A stretch of DNA of 64,000 nucleotides from Gemmatimonadota bacterium (lineage in GTDB: Bacteria; Gemmatimonadota; Gemmatimonadetes; Palauibacterales; Palauibacteraceae). Where the stretch lies: assembly GCA_039589195.1 (NCBI GenBank), contig JBDHHV010000038.1, positions 13,288 to 77,287 on the forward strand, in the 5' to 3' direction. Positions 46,215 to 55,066 of the stretch are shown here, in pieces. How positions within the stretch are numbered: the first letter of the stretch is position 1; the number at the start of each line of letters is the position of its first letter. Both the position numbers and the translations under genes were made by a program. The notes under the pieces are model-generated. The model was not told the DNA's origin and made no database searches. It saw only the letters and a list, made by a program, of their open reading frames with translations.

Positions 46215-47039
46215 ATGCAATACCGAGCCATCGCGCGGGTTTGTGTCATGCTGGCGATCGTTCCCGCCGCTGCCATCGGTCAGGAGACGGAGGGCCGCCG
46301 CCCGGCGCCGATCTCCAAGCGAGACCTGACGCGGATGCTTGTCGGCGACACGTACGAGCGTGACGAGATCGCCGGCATGATCCGGCGCGCCTGTCTGAGC
46401 TTCGTCCCCACGGTCACCGAGCGAGAGCTGTTTCGCGGCCTTGGCGCCGAGGGATCCGTTTTATCCGCTATCGACGGCTGCCTCCCGCCCCCAGCGCCTG
46501 TGCGAGCACAGGAGTCCGAGCTGCCGGTGCCACCGTCGCAGTCGACGCCGGCTACGTTCGCCTCTCCCTCCGCGGAAGACGTGTCGGACCCGGCGCCGAT
46601 CGCCGAGGATGAGGTATCGGACCCGGCGCCGGCCGTCGAGGAACAGGTCCCGGACCCGGCGGCGCTCGCCGAGCCGAGTGTGGAGCCCGAAGCTCCTGCG
46701 CCCACTCCGATCATTGAAGTGCCCGCGGACACCATTTTGGCGGCTGATTCGACCGAGTCCCGCACCGAGAGCTCCCCTGTCGAGGCCTACACCGTCGGCC
46801 CCAGCGATGAGGTCAGCCGCCTGCGACGGATCGCGGCGGGAGCCGCGGCTCGGGGCGATGTCGAGACGGCCCTCCGCACCCTCAGGGACATCGTCTCGCT
46901 CGCCCCCGACGACCCGCTCACATGGTTCCAGTTGGGAGCGGCGCTCGCGTCCGTCGGAGACGCGGAAGGGGCTCGCGATGCCTTCATTCGCGCGGCCACC
47001 CTGGATCGGGCAAAGCGGCGCTCACCACCCAACGACTGA
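46215..47039 (+). CDS. Hypothetical secreted protein with Pro/Glu-rich tandem repeats and TPR-like C-terminus
   Basis: Signal peptide MLAIVPAAAIG. Three 33-nt repeats encode E(D/E)VSDPAPIAE. C-terminal helical hairpin ALRTLRDIVSLAPDDPLTWFQLGAALASVGDAEGARDAF. Confidence 0.55.
   Translation: MQYRAIARVCVMLAIVPAAAIGQETEGRRPAPISKRDLTRMLVGDTYERDEIAGMIRRACLSFVPTVTERELFRGLGAEGSVLSAIDGCLPPPAPVRAQESELPVPPSQSTPATFASPSAEDVSDPAPIAEDEVSDPAPAVEEQVPDPAALAEPSVEPEAPAPTPIIEVPADTILAADSTESRTESSPVEAYTVGPSDEVSRLRRIAAGAAARGDVETALRTLRDIVSLAPDDPLTWFQLGAALASVGDAEGARDAFIRAATLDRAKRRSPPND
46576..46674 (+). repeat. 3 x 33-nt imperfect in-frame tandem repeat
   Basis: The units gaagacgtgtcggacccggcgccgatcgccgag, gatgaggtatcggacccggcgccggccgtcgag and gaacaggtcccggacccggcggcgctcgccgag. 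Confidence 0.55.
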
Positions 47040-47164
47040 TCGCGCTCTCGCGAATTCCACGACATTAAACGTCCTGGAGAGATCGGCGGTTATTTGATCG
47101 GGAGATCCGATGCCCACATCTTCCGACACCCTCCTTGCCACAGGGTGCGACATCGAGGTGATCA

Positions 47165-47667
47165 ATGCGTTCTGCTCCGCTTATACACAGCGTTCTCTTC
47201 TCGCTGCTGCTGGTCGGCCCTGGAGCGCTCGCGGCGCAAAACCTGCCCGGGGGAAACCCACGAGATTATGGAGAGCGCCAGCGCCGTGCGGCGGAACAGT
47301 ACCGAAGAGAGTTGCTCCACGATGTGACCGGGACGTTTGGTCGGTGGAAACGCGCTTGGGCCGACGATGATGCGGGAGACACGGCCGATTTCTACACGGA
47401 TGATGCCGTCATTATCATTCCCACGCAGAGCGCGGCCTACCGGGGGAAGGACGATGTGGAGCAGTTCCTGGAGGACTTGCTACCGACGCTTGGCGAGCTC
47501 TCCACGGACATCATAGAGTTCGACGCCGGAGACAGGCTCGCCTATCTCATCGTGCGTTTCTCCAGCCCACCCTCATGCAGGGCACGTTCGTGTCGGTCTT
47601 CCGGCTGGAAGGCCGGAACTGGAAGATCCGGTCCCAGACTCTCTTCGAGCAGGGCTCCGAACGCTAA
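47165..47667 (+). pseudogene. SnoaL-like / DUF4440 (NTF2-fold) secreted protein with a frameshift
   Basis: The N-terminal frame (signal peptide plus DTADFYTDDAVIIIPTQSAAYRGKDDVEQFLEDLL...AYLIVRF) turns to nonsense after about 47560. A +1 frame carries the expected C-terminus QGTFVSVFRLEGRNWKIRSQTLFEQGSER ending at TAA 47665-67. The junction is at the ccagcccaccc homopolymer. Confidence 0.55.
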
Positions 47668-47884
47668 CCCGAAAGCGCCGCTCGAGCCGCGGTCGTCCTC
47701 CCACCTTCGGCTCGCGCTCGAGACTTCGTCATCGAACCGGCATCCACCGCGATGATCGGGGGCGTTCTCGCTAGGGACAACCCGGGTGGGCTCCTCTATA
47801 TTTGCCCTACCCGCAATCCAGATCGGGGGCTCAGCCAGCGGGTGCATGACGCGATCGAGCTCCAAGCGCCCCCACGGAGGAATC

Positions 47885-50800
47885 ATGAATAGAGCGCTCC
47901 CAGCGATTGGCCTCTTCGTTCTCGTCAGCCTCTCGGTTAGCCCTGCAGCGGCGCGAGCCCAGGGGGCCGCTCCCAACGGCGATCTCACCCTCATGCTCAG
48001 CGCGCCGGCGGTCAGCGACACGCATGTCGCGTTCACGTACGCCGGCGATCTCTGGATCGCCGAACACGATGGTACCGACGTTCTGAGACTGACCACGCAC
48101 CAGGGGCTCGAAACGAACCCGCGTTTCTCGCCGAACGGGCGCACCCTCGCGTTCAGCGGCCAGTACGACGGTAACACCGACGTCTACGTAGTGCCCGTCG
48201 AGGGCGGCGTGCCGACACGCCTGACCTGGCACCCGGGCAGCGACATCGTCCAGGGCTTCACCGTTGACGGGGCGGCCGTGCTGTTCACTTCGGCGCGCTC
48301 GGCCTACACGGGACGCCACCGGCAGCTTCACACGGTGTCGCTGGACGGTGGCCACCCCGAGCAGCTGCCCATTCCGCACGCCTTCAAGGCCGCCTATTCG
48401 CCGGACGGGTCCAAGATCGCGTACACGCCCCTGTACGAGCCCTTCAATCAGTGGAAGAACTACAGGGGCGGGACGGCGACGCGGATCTGGATCTACGACA
48501 CCGCCGACCACTCGGTGCAGGAGGTCCCGCAGCCGGCCGGTCGCTCGAACGACACCGACCCGATGTGGATCGGCGGGACCGTCTATTTCCGTTCGGACCG
48601 GAACGGAGAGTTCAACCTGTTCGCGTTCGATCCCGCCTCCGAGCAGGTGTCGCAGCTGACGCAGTACGCCGACTACCCGGTGCTCAACGCCTCCGCCGGC
48701 GGCGGAAAGATCGCCTACGAGCAGGCGGGCTACCTGCATCTGTTCGATCCGGCCGCGCTCGAGAGCGTGCCCGTTCCGATCCAGATCGCGACGGATCTGA
48801 TCGAGGTCCGGCCGCGCTACGCGGAGGGCGCGAGATTCATCCGCGACGCGGCCGTGTCGCCCTCGGGAGCCCGAGCCGTCTTCGAGTTCCGCGGCGAGAT
48901 CGTCACCGTCCCACAGAAGAAGGGCGATCACCGCAACCTCACCAACTCGACGGCCATCCACGAGCGCTCGCCAACCTGGTCGCCGGACGGGACGTCGATC
49001 GCGTTCTTCTCGGACGAATCGGGGGAGTACGCACTCCACGTCTCTCCTCAGGACGGGAAGGGGGACGTGCGTACGTACGCCCTGGATGGGGCCGGCTTCT
49101 ACGAGAACCCGCGGTGGTCCCCCGACGGAAACAAGATCAGCTACACGGACAACTCTCGGACCGTCTTCTGGATCGACCTCGAGACCGGGGCCACGCATCG
49201 GATCGGCGCCGACATGATCTACGGCCCGCTGCCGCCTCCGCATCACTCGTGGTCCCCCGACTCGCGCTGGATCGTCTACGCGAGCAACAACGAAACGAAC
49301 ATCCACACGGTCTACGTGCACTCGCTGGAGACAGGCGAGTCGCACGCCGTTACCGACGGCCTCAGCGAGGTGTCGGAGGCGGTGTTCGACGCGTCCGGAA
49401 AATACCTCTACCTGCTGGTCTCGACGGACGCCGGGCCCGTGATCCAGTGGTTCGCGCAGTCCAACAACGATTTGGAGATGACCAACACGATCTACCTGGC
49501 CGTGCTCGAAAAGGGGACTCCGTCGCCGCTGGCCAAGGAAAGCGATGAGGAGGAGGCCGCGGCCGAGGGGGAGCCCGGTGAGGGAGAGGACCCCGCCGAG
49601 GACGAGGAAGAGGTCGTAGTCCAGATCGATTTCGACGGCCTGGACCAGCGGATCCTTGCCCTGCCGTTGGATGAGGCCGGCTACAGCAGCTTGCAGCCGG
49701 GTACACCCGGACAACTCTTCTACCTCCGGGCCGACGAAGGCGGAGGTGCGTTCGCAGGGCCGGCCGACGAAACGAGCCTGAGGCGCTTCAGCCTGGAAGA
49801 CCGGGAGGAGACGACGTTGCTGACCGGCGTCCGCGCGTACGCGCTTTCGGGCGACAAGAAACAGGTCCTGTATGCTTCGTCACAGCGCGATTGGTTCATC
49901 GCCGCCGCGGGCGGTGCGGAAATCAAGCCTGGCGAAGGCCGGCTCTCGGCCGACCAGATCAAGGTCCGGATCGATCCGCGCTCGGAATGGACGCAGATCT
50001 ACAACGAGGCCTGGCGGATCAACCGCGACTATTTCTACGCCACCAACATGCACGGCACGGACTGGGTGGCGATGCGCGACAAGTACACCGCCTTTCTACC
50101 CCACGTCGCGACACGCGCGGACCTCAACCGTGTCATGCAGTGGCTGCACAGCGAGCTGGCCGTCGGCCACCATCGCGTCGGTGGTGGAGACTTCCTCGAG
50201 CGGGCGGAGACCGTACCGGGTGGGCTCCTGGGGGCGGACTTCGAGGTCGATCAGGGCCGGTATCGCTTCGCGAAGGTATACGGTGGCCTCAACTGGAACC
50301 CGGATCTCCGCTCACCCCTGACCGAGCCCGGCGTGGAAGTGCAGACCGGGGAGTACCTGCTCGCGGTCGAGGGGATCGATTTGCGGCCCCCCGATAACCT
50401 GTTCAGCCGCTTCGAGAATACGGCGGACAAGATCGTCGAGATCACGGTCGGGCCGAGCGCCGATGACGCCGGCGCCCGCACCGTGAAGGTGGTGCCGCTC
50501 CAGAACGAGGGGGCGCTCCGCAACCGCGACTGGGTGGAGGGGAATCTAAGGAGGGTCCACGAGGCCACCGATGGTCGTGTGGCCTACGTATACGTGCCGA
50601 ACACCGCGGGGGCCGGGCACGAATACTTCAAGCGCTACTTCTTCCCGCAGGCGAACAAGGAAGCGCTCATCATCGATGAGCGACACAACGGGGGCGGCCA
50701 GCTGGCGGACTACTACATCAACATCATGCGCCGGCCCTACGTGTCTCACTGGGCGATGCGCTACGGCGTGGATCTCGAGACCCCCCAGGGCGCCATTCAG

Positions 50801-51178
50801 GGTCCGAAGGTCATGTTGATCGACGAGACCGCCGGCTCGGGTGGCGATTTGCTGCCTTTCATGTTCCGCAAGTTCGAGATGGGCACGTTGATTGGCCGTC
50901 GCACCTGGGGTGGCCTCGTGGGGATCCTGGGCTTCCCGACGCTGATGGATGGTGGAGGCATCACCGCGCCCAACCTCGCGATCTGGACCGAAGACGGCTT
51001 CGTGGTCGAGAACGTAGGGGTGCCGCCGGACATCGAGATCGAGCAGCTGCCAGCGGACGTGATCGCCGGGCGCGACCCGCAGCTCGAGAAAGCGATCGAA
51101 GTCGTGCTGGAACAGTTGCAGGCCGCGGCGATGGCGGCGCCCACCCGCCCGCCGTACCCGGTGCGTGTGCGTCCATAG
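47885..51178 (+). CDS. Tricorn protease homolog (beta-propellers + PDZ + S41 peptidase domain)
   Basis: ATG 47885 with GGAGG 6 nt upstream. Signal peptide. N-terminal TolB-like propeller repeats (GDLWIAEHDGTDVLRLTTH...). Acidic linker. C-terminal S41 region with IDERHNGGGQ and ETAGSGGDLLPFMFRKFEMGTLIGRRTWGG. Confidence 0.8.
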   Translation: MNRALPAIGLFVLVSLSVSPAAARAQGAAPNGDLTLMLSAPAVSDTHVAFTYAGDLWIAEHDGTDVLRLTTHQGLETNPRFSPNGRTLAFSGQYDGNTDVYVVPVEGGVPTRLTWHPGSDIVQGFTVDGAAVLFTSARSAYTGRHRQLHTVSLDGGHPEQLPIPHAFKAAYSPDGSKIAYTPLYEPFNQWKNYRGGTATRIWIYDTADHSVQEVPQPAGRSNDTDPMWIGGTVYFRSDRNGEFNLFAFDPASEQVSQLTQYADYPVLNASAGGGKIAYEQAGYLHLFDPAALESVPVPIQIATDLIEVRPRYAEGARFIRDAAVSPSGARAVFEFRGEIVTVPQKKGDHRNLTNSTAIHERSPTWSPDGTSIAFFSDESGEYALHVSPQDGKGDVRTYALDGAGFYENPRWSPDGNKISYTDNSRTVFWIDLETGATHRIGADMIYGPLPPPHHSWSPDSRWIVYASNNETNIHTVYVHSLETGESHAVTDGLSEVSEAVFDASGKYLYLLVSTDAGPVIQWFAQSNNDLEMTNTIYLAVLEKGTPSPLAKESDEEEAAAEGEPGEGEDPAEDEEEVVVQIDFDGLDQRILALPLDEAGYSSLQPGTPGQLFYLRADEGGGAFAGPADETSLRRFSLEDREETTLLTGVRAYALSGDKKQVLYASSQRDWFIAAAGGAEIKPGEGRLSADQIKVRIDPRSEWTQIYNEAWRINRDYFYATNMHGTDWVAMRDKYTAFLPHVATRADLNRVMQWLHSELAVGHHRVGGGDFLERAETVPGGLLGADFEVDQGRYRFAKVYGGLNWNPDLRSPLTEPGVEVQTGEYLLAVEGIDLRPPDNLFSRFENTADKIVEITVGPSADDAGARTVKVVPLQNEGALRNRDWVEGNLRRVHEATDGRVAYVYVPNTAGAGHEYFKRYFFPQANKEALIIDERHNGGGQLADYYINIMRRPYVSHWAMRYGVDLETPQGAIQGPKVMLIDETAGSGGDLLPFMFRKFEMGTLIGRRTWGGLVGILGFPTLMDGGGITAPNLAIWTEDGFVVENVGVPPDIEIEQLPADVIAGRDPQLEKAIEVVLEQLQAAAMAAPTRPPYPVRVRP

Positions 51179-51329
51179 GCGTTCGCCGGACAGTCTCCGA
51201 CACGGGGTGGGTGCTCCGAGCTCCAACCACGGAGCGCGGGGCACCCCCCGGCCGCCGCGAGATGCCCAGCAACCATGACGAGGTGATCAGCCAGCGGCCC
51301 GAGGTGATCCACTAAAAGGGGAAGCCCTC

Positions 51330-52577
51330 ATGCGCGTCTCACGCCGTTCATTCCTCTCCGCCTCCGCGGCGGCGCTCGCGCTGCCTTTCGCGCGGTCGCG
51401 GCGTCACCGTGGGGAGGCTCGTGAGGCACACGAGGCGACTCCGATGAGTGAGCCGGTGCGACTTCCGCGCGTATCGTTTGACCCATGGCTCGAGGTCGAC
51501 GCGGCCGCCCTCGCGCGGAACGCGCGCGAGGTGGCCCGGATCGGTGGGGGCCGCCCCATCCTCGCCGTCGTCAAGAACAACGCGTACGGGCTTGGAATCC
51601 GTACTGCGGGCCCGGTCTTGGATGAGGTTGCAGAGGTCGTCGGTTGCGCGGTAGTCAAAGCGGAGGCGGCCATCGCCCTCAGGGACGCGGGCTTTCGCAA
51701 GCCGATCCTCCTGATGGGGCTGGTCGAGGATTCCGACGCGATCGAGCTGGTCGAGCGGGACATCCAATTGGCACCGTTTCATGACGGGGCGGCCGACCAG
51801 CTACGCCGGCTCGCGCAGCGCTTCCAACGGCAAATCCCGGTTCACCTGTACCTCGACACCGGTATGAGCAGGCTTGGAGTGCCCTTTCGCCGGGCCCTCC
51901 CGTGGATGCGGAGTATGGCCGAGGGTGGGCACGCCCACATCGAGGGGACGTTCATGGGCTTCACCGAGGAGGACGATTTCGACCCCGTCCAACTCGCGCG
52001 CTTCCTGGAGATCGCCGATGCGGCGCGTAGCGAGGGAATCCCGTTGGGTCGCCTGCACGCGTCGTCGTCTCACGGGCTGTTCTACCGACCGGACGCATTG
52101 CTCGACATGGTGCGGCCCGGTCTGGTGCTGTACGGTGCCTACCCGTCGGGCGCCCGCGAGCTGGAGCAGGCGGCGTTGCGGCCCGCGTTCCGGCTGCACG
52201 CCCGCGTCGTGCGCGTGGAGCGTCTCTCGGCCGGTGACAGCGTGAGCTACGGTCGCGACTACGTGGCCGAGAAACCGACCTGGATTGCGACGCTCCCGGT
52301 AGGGCACGCGGATGGGTACCCGCGGACCGCCGTCAACGGCTGCGCGGTCGTCATCGGAGGTGCCGTGTACCCCGTGATCGGTGCGGTGAGCGCGAGCCAC
52401 ACGATCGTGGAGCTGGGTGAGGAAAGGTCGGTCGAGGTGGCTGACGTCGCCACGCTGATCGGACCGGATCACGAAGCGATCCGCCCGAACACGATCTCCG
52501 AGCGCGCCGGCGTCTCCGTGTATGACGTCCTGATGCATCTGAGCGCGGCGCTGCCCCGCGCCAGGGTCTCCGGTTGA
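51330..52577 (+). CDS. Alanine racemase family PLP enzyme with TAT signal (periplasmic racemase)
   Basis: TAT motif RRSFLSASAAALALPFA. PLP-Lys motif AVVKNNAYGLG. Racemase C-terminal domain (GYPRTAVNGCAVVIGG...). RBS GGGGAAG. Confidence 0.8.
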   Translation: MRVSRRSFLSASAAALALPFARSRRHRGEAREAHEATPMSEPVRLPRVSFDPWLEVDAAALARNAREVARIGGGRPILAVVKNNAYGLGIRTAGPVLDEVAEVVGCAVVKAEAAIALRDAGFRKPILLMGLVEDSDAIELVERDIQLAPFHDGAADQLRRLAQRFQRQIPVHLYLDTGMSRLGVPFRRALPWMRSMAEGGHAHIEGTFMGFTEEDDFDPVQLARFLEIADAARSEGIPLGRLHASSSHGLFYRPDALLDMVRPGLVLYGAYPSGARELEQAALRPAFRLHARVVRVERLSAGDSVSYGRDYVAEKPTWIATLPVGHADGYPRTAVNGCAVVIGGAVYPVIGAVSASHTIVELGEERSVEVADVATLIGPDHEAIRPNTISERAGVSVYDVLMHLSAALPRARVSG

Positions 52578-54841
52578 GGGGACCCTTCCGTCACTCGACG
52601 AGCGGGCCCCGGGCATCGCGCGGCTCGTGGGGTCACCGAGACTGGATTCTCCTTATTGCAGGCCTCTCGGGCTGGCCAGGGCCGCTGGCCGCGCAGGAGG
52701 TCCCGCCCGCGGACCGGCCTTCGGTCAGCGCGGCGCGGCTGGGAGACCAGCCAACCGACCGGATCGAGCTCGACGGGATCCTGAGCGAGTCAGTTTGGGA
52801 AACCGCGCCGGCCGCGACGGACTTCCGCCAACGCGAACCGGACGTGGGCGCTCCCGCGACGGAGCCGACCGAGATCCGGATCCTGTACGACGACCACAGC
52901 CTCTATGTGGGTGTGCGGGCCGTGGACCGAGAGCCCGACCGGGTGATCGCGCGGATCCTGCAGCGAGATCGGCTCATGAGCCCGGGCTTCGGCTTCGGGG
53001 TGCAGTTCGCCGGGGACGACGGCGTCGCTCTCCTGTTCGACCCGTTTCACGACCATCGGAACGGCGTGATCTTCGCCACGAACCCGAACGGGGCGAAGTA
53101 CGACGCGCTGATCACCGACGAAGGGCGCGAGCTGAACAGCGACTGGCGCGGTGTCTGGCACGTCGCCGCCAGCCGCACTGACGAGGGGTGGAGTGCGGAA
53201 TTCGAGATCCCGTTCCGGACGCTGCGGTATCCCGCGGCGGCCGAGGCCCGTTCATGGGGCTTCAACGTCTTCCGCATCATCCGCCGAAAGAACGAGGAGA
53301 CGCTGTGGAGCTCCTGGTCCCGTGACAACGAGGGGTTCCACCGCGTCAGCCTAGCGGGACACCTGGAAGGCCTGGCCGATCTGCCCCGCCCGGGCCTGAA
53401 CCTCGAGGTAAAGCCCTACCTGCTGACGGGCGGTACGCAGGAGCCGGACGCGTCCGGCGACACGCAAACGGACGGTCGCCTCGATGCGGGGGTGGACGCG
53501 AAGTACCAGGTGCTCCCGGGCCTCGTGCTGGATGTCACGGTCAACCCCGACTTCGCCCAGGTCGAGGTCGACGACGAGCAGGTGAACCTCACGCGCTTCG
53601 ATCTCTTCTTCCCAGAGAAGCGCGACTTCTTCCTCGAGAACGCCGGGATATTCGAGTTCGGCGTGCGCGGGTTCGGAGAGCCGCCTCCGTTCCTCCTCTT
53701 TTTCTCCCGGCGGATCGGGATCTCGGAAGGCAGCGAGGTACCGGTGTACGGGGGCGTCCGCCTGACGGGCAGGGTGGGCGGGCAGACGATCGGGCTCCTG
53801 AACGTCGTGACCGATGTGGATGACGGGGGATCGGCCGCGAACCACGCGATCCTGCGATACAAGCGCGATCTGGGGAGCAGCGGGTACGTGGGTGCCATGC
53901 TCACCGACCTGAGGCGGCAGGACTTCTGGAATACCGCCGTCGGACTGGATGCCTCCCTCTGGCCCACCTCCACCCTCAACCTCCAGGGCTTCGCCGCTTC
54001 CACCTCGACGTCGGGTGAGGGCGGGGACGACGAAGCCTACCGTGTGATGGTCGATCACACGGGCGACTGGATCGGGTTCTTCGCACAGCATCTCTTCATC
54101 GGTCCGGAAGCGAATACCGACATGGGCTTCATCACCCGGCCGGACGTCCGTCGGTCGGACGTTTTTCTTCGCCTGACACCCCGCCCGCCGATCCTCGATC
54201 TCCGCAAGATCGACGTGAGGTTGCAGGGTGCACACGTTCTGACCGCCGACGGGAGGCTGCAGGATTGGACCGGAAGCGCCGAGGTGGCGCCGGAATGGAA
54301 CAGCGGGGAATCGCTGAGCCTCTCGTATTCTCGAGGCTTCGTCCGACTGGACGAGGCCTTCGACCTGGCCGACAGCGTGAGTGTGCCGATCGGCGACTAC
54401 GACAACTGGGAGCTCGACCTTGGCGGCCAGACGAGTACGAACCGCGCCGTGGCGCTGGGCGCAGGCGGCTCGTATCAGCGCTTCTTCGACGGCACGCTGA
54501 TCTCCTGGGGCGGCACGCTGTCGCTGGCTCCCGGCTCGCATCTGAGCGCGGTCCTCGGCTTCGCGCACAACGATGTGGAGATCCCCGGCGGTGAGTTCAC
54601 GGCTGATATCGTTTCGGTGCGCGTACGGTACGCCTTCACCACGACCCTGACCGCGAATGCCCTGCTCCAGTACAACAGCCTGGACCGGCGAGTATCGGCC
54701 AACGTCAGGCTGAACTTCATCCACCGGCCGGGCAGCGATCTGTTCATCGTCTTGAACGAAGAGCGTGGCTCCGACGACTCCACGTGGGATTTCCGCAGCC
54801 GCGGTCTGGTGGCCAAGCTCACCTACCTCCTGAGGCTGTGA
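52574..54841 (+). CDS. DUF5916-family protein (CBM9-like N-domain + predicted beta-barrel), start overlapping the racemase stop
   Basis: TTG 52574 (TTGA overlap) is the only start-like codon ahead of the signal peptide. N-domain IELDGILSESVWETAPAATDF...IRILYDDHSLYVGV. C-terminal alternating beta-strand pattern ending LVAKLTYLLRL. Confidence 0.6.
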   Translation: MRGPFRHSTSGPRASRGSWGHRDWILLIAGLSGWPGPLAAQEVPPADRPSVSAARLGDQPTDRIELDGILSESVWETAPAATDFRQREPDVGAPATEPTEIRILYDDHSLYVGVRAVDREPDRVIARILQRDRLMSPGFGFGVQFAGDDGVALLFDPFHDHRNGVIFATNPNGAKYDALITDEGRELNSDWRGVWHVAASRTDEGWSAEFEIPFRTLRYPAAAEARSWGFNVFRIIRRKNEETLWSSWSRDNEGFHRVSLAGHLEGLADLPRPGLNLEVKPYLLTGGTQEPDASGDTQTDGRLDAGVDAKYQVLPGLVLDVTVNPDFAQVEVDDEQVNLTRFDLFFPEKRDFFLENAGIFEFGVRGFGEPPPFLLFFSRRIGISEGSEVPVYGGVRLTGRVGGQTIGLLNVVTDVDDGGSAANHAILRYKRDLGSSGYVGAMLTDLRRQDFWNTAVGLDASLWPTSTLNLQGFAASTSTSGEGGDDEAYRVMVDHTGDWIGFFAQHLFIGPEANTDMGFITRPDVRRSDVFLRLTPRPPILDLRKIDVRLQGAHVLTADGRLQDWTGSAEVAPEWNSGESLSLSYSRGFVRLDEAFDLADSVSVPIGDYDNWELDLGGQTSTNRAVALGAGGSYQRFFDGTLISWGGTLSLAPGSHLSAVLGFAHNDVEIPGGEFTADIVSVRVRYAFTTTLTANALLQYNSLDRRVSANVRLNFIHRPGSDLFIVLNEERGSDDSTWDFRSRGLVAKLTYLLRL

Positions 54842-55066
54842 GGTGCGAACCGACCGCGTGACGCCGCCCATGGGCAGGCGAATGTGCCGGCCAGGGCAGG
54901 AGAGGGAGTGGCTCATGTGTGAGGAGTTGCGTATCCTCTACTCCTGAGTTGAGGCGTTTCGCCCCAAAGTCCAGGCGGGACTGGCCGGGGTTGGGAGTCG
55001 GGGTCGGGGAGGGGTCGCGGTGGGCGGGTCAGGACTGCGGCGCCTCGCCACGAAGGATGGCCGCCG

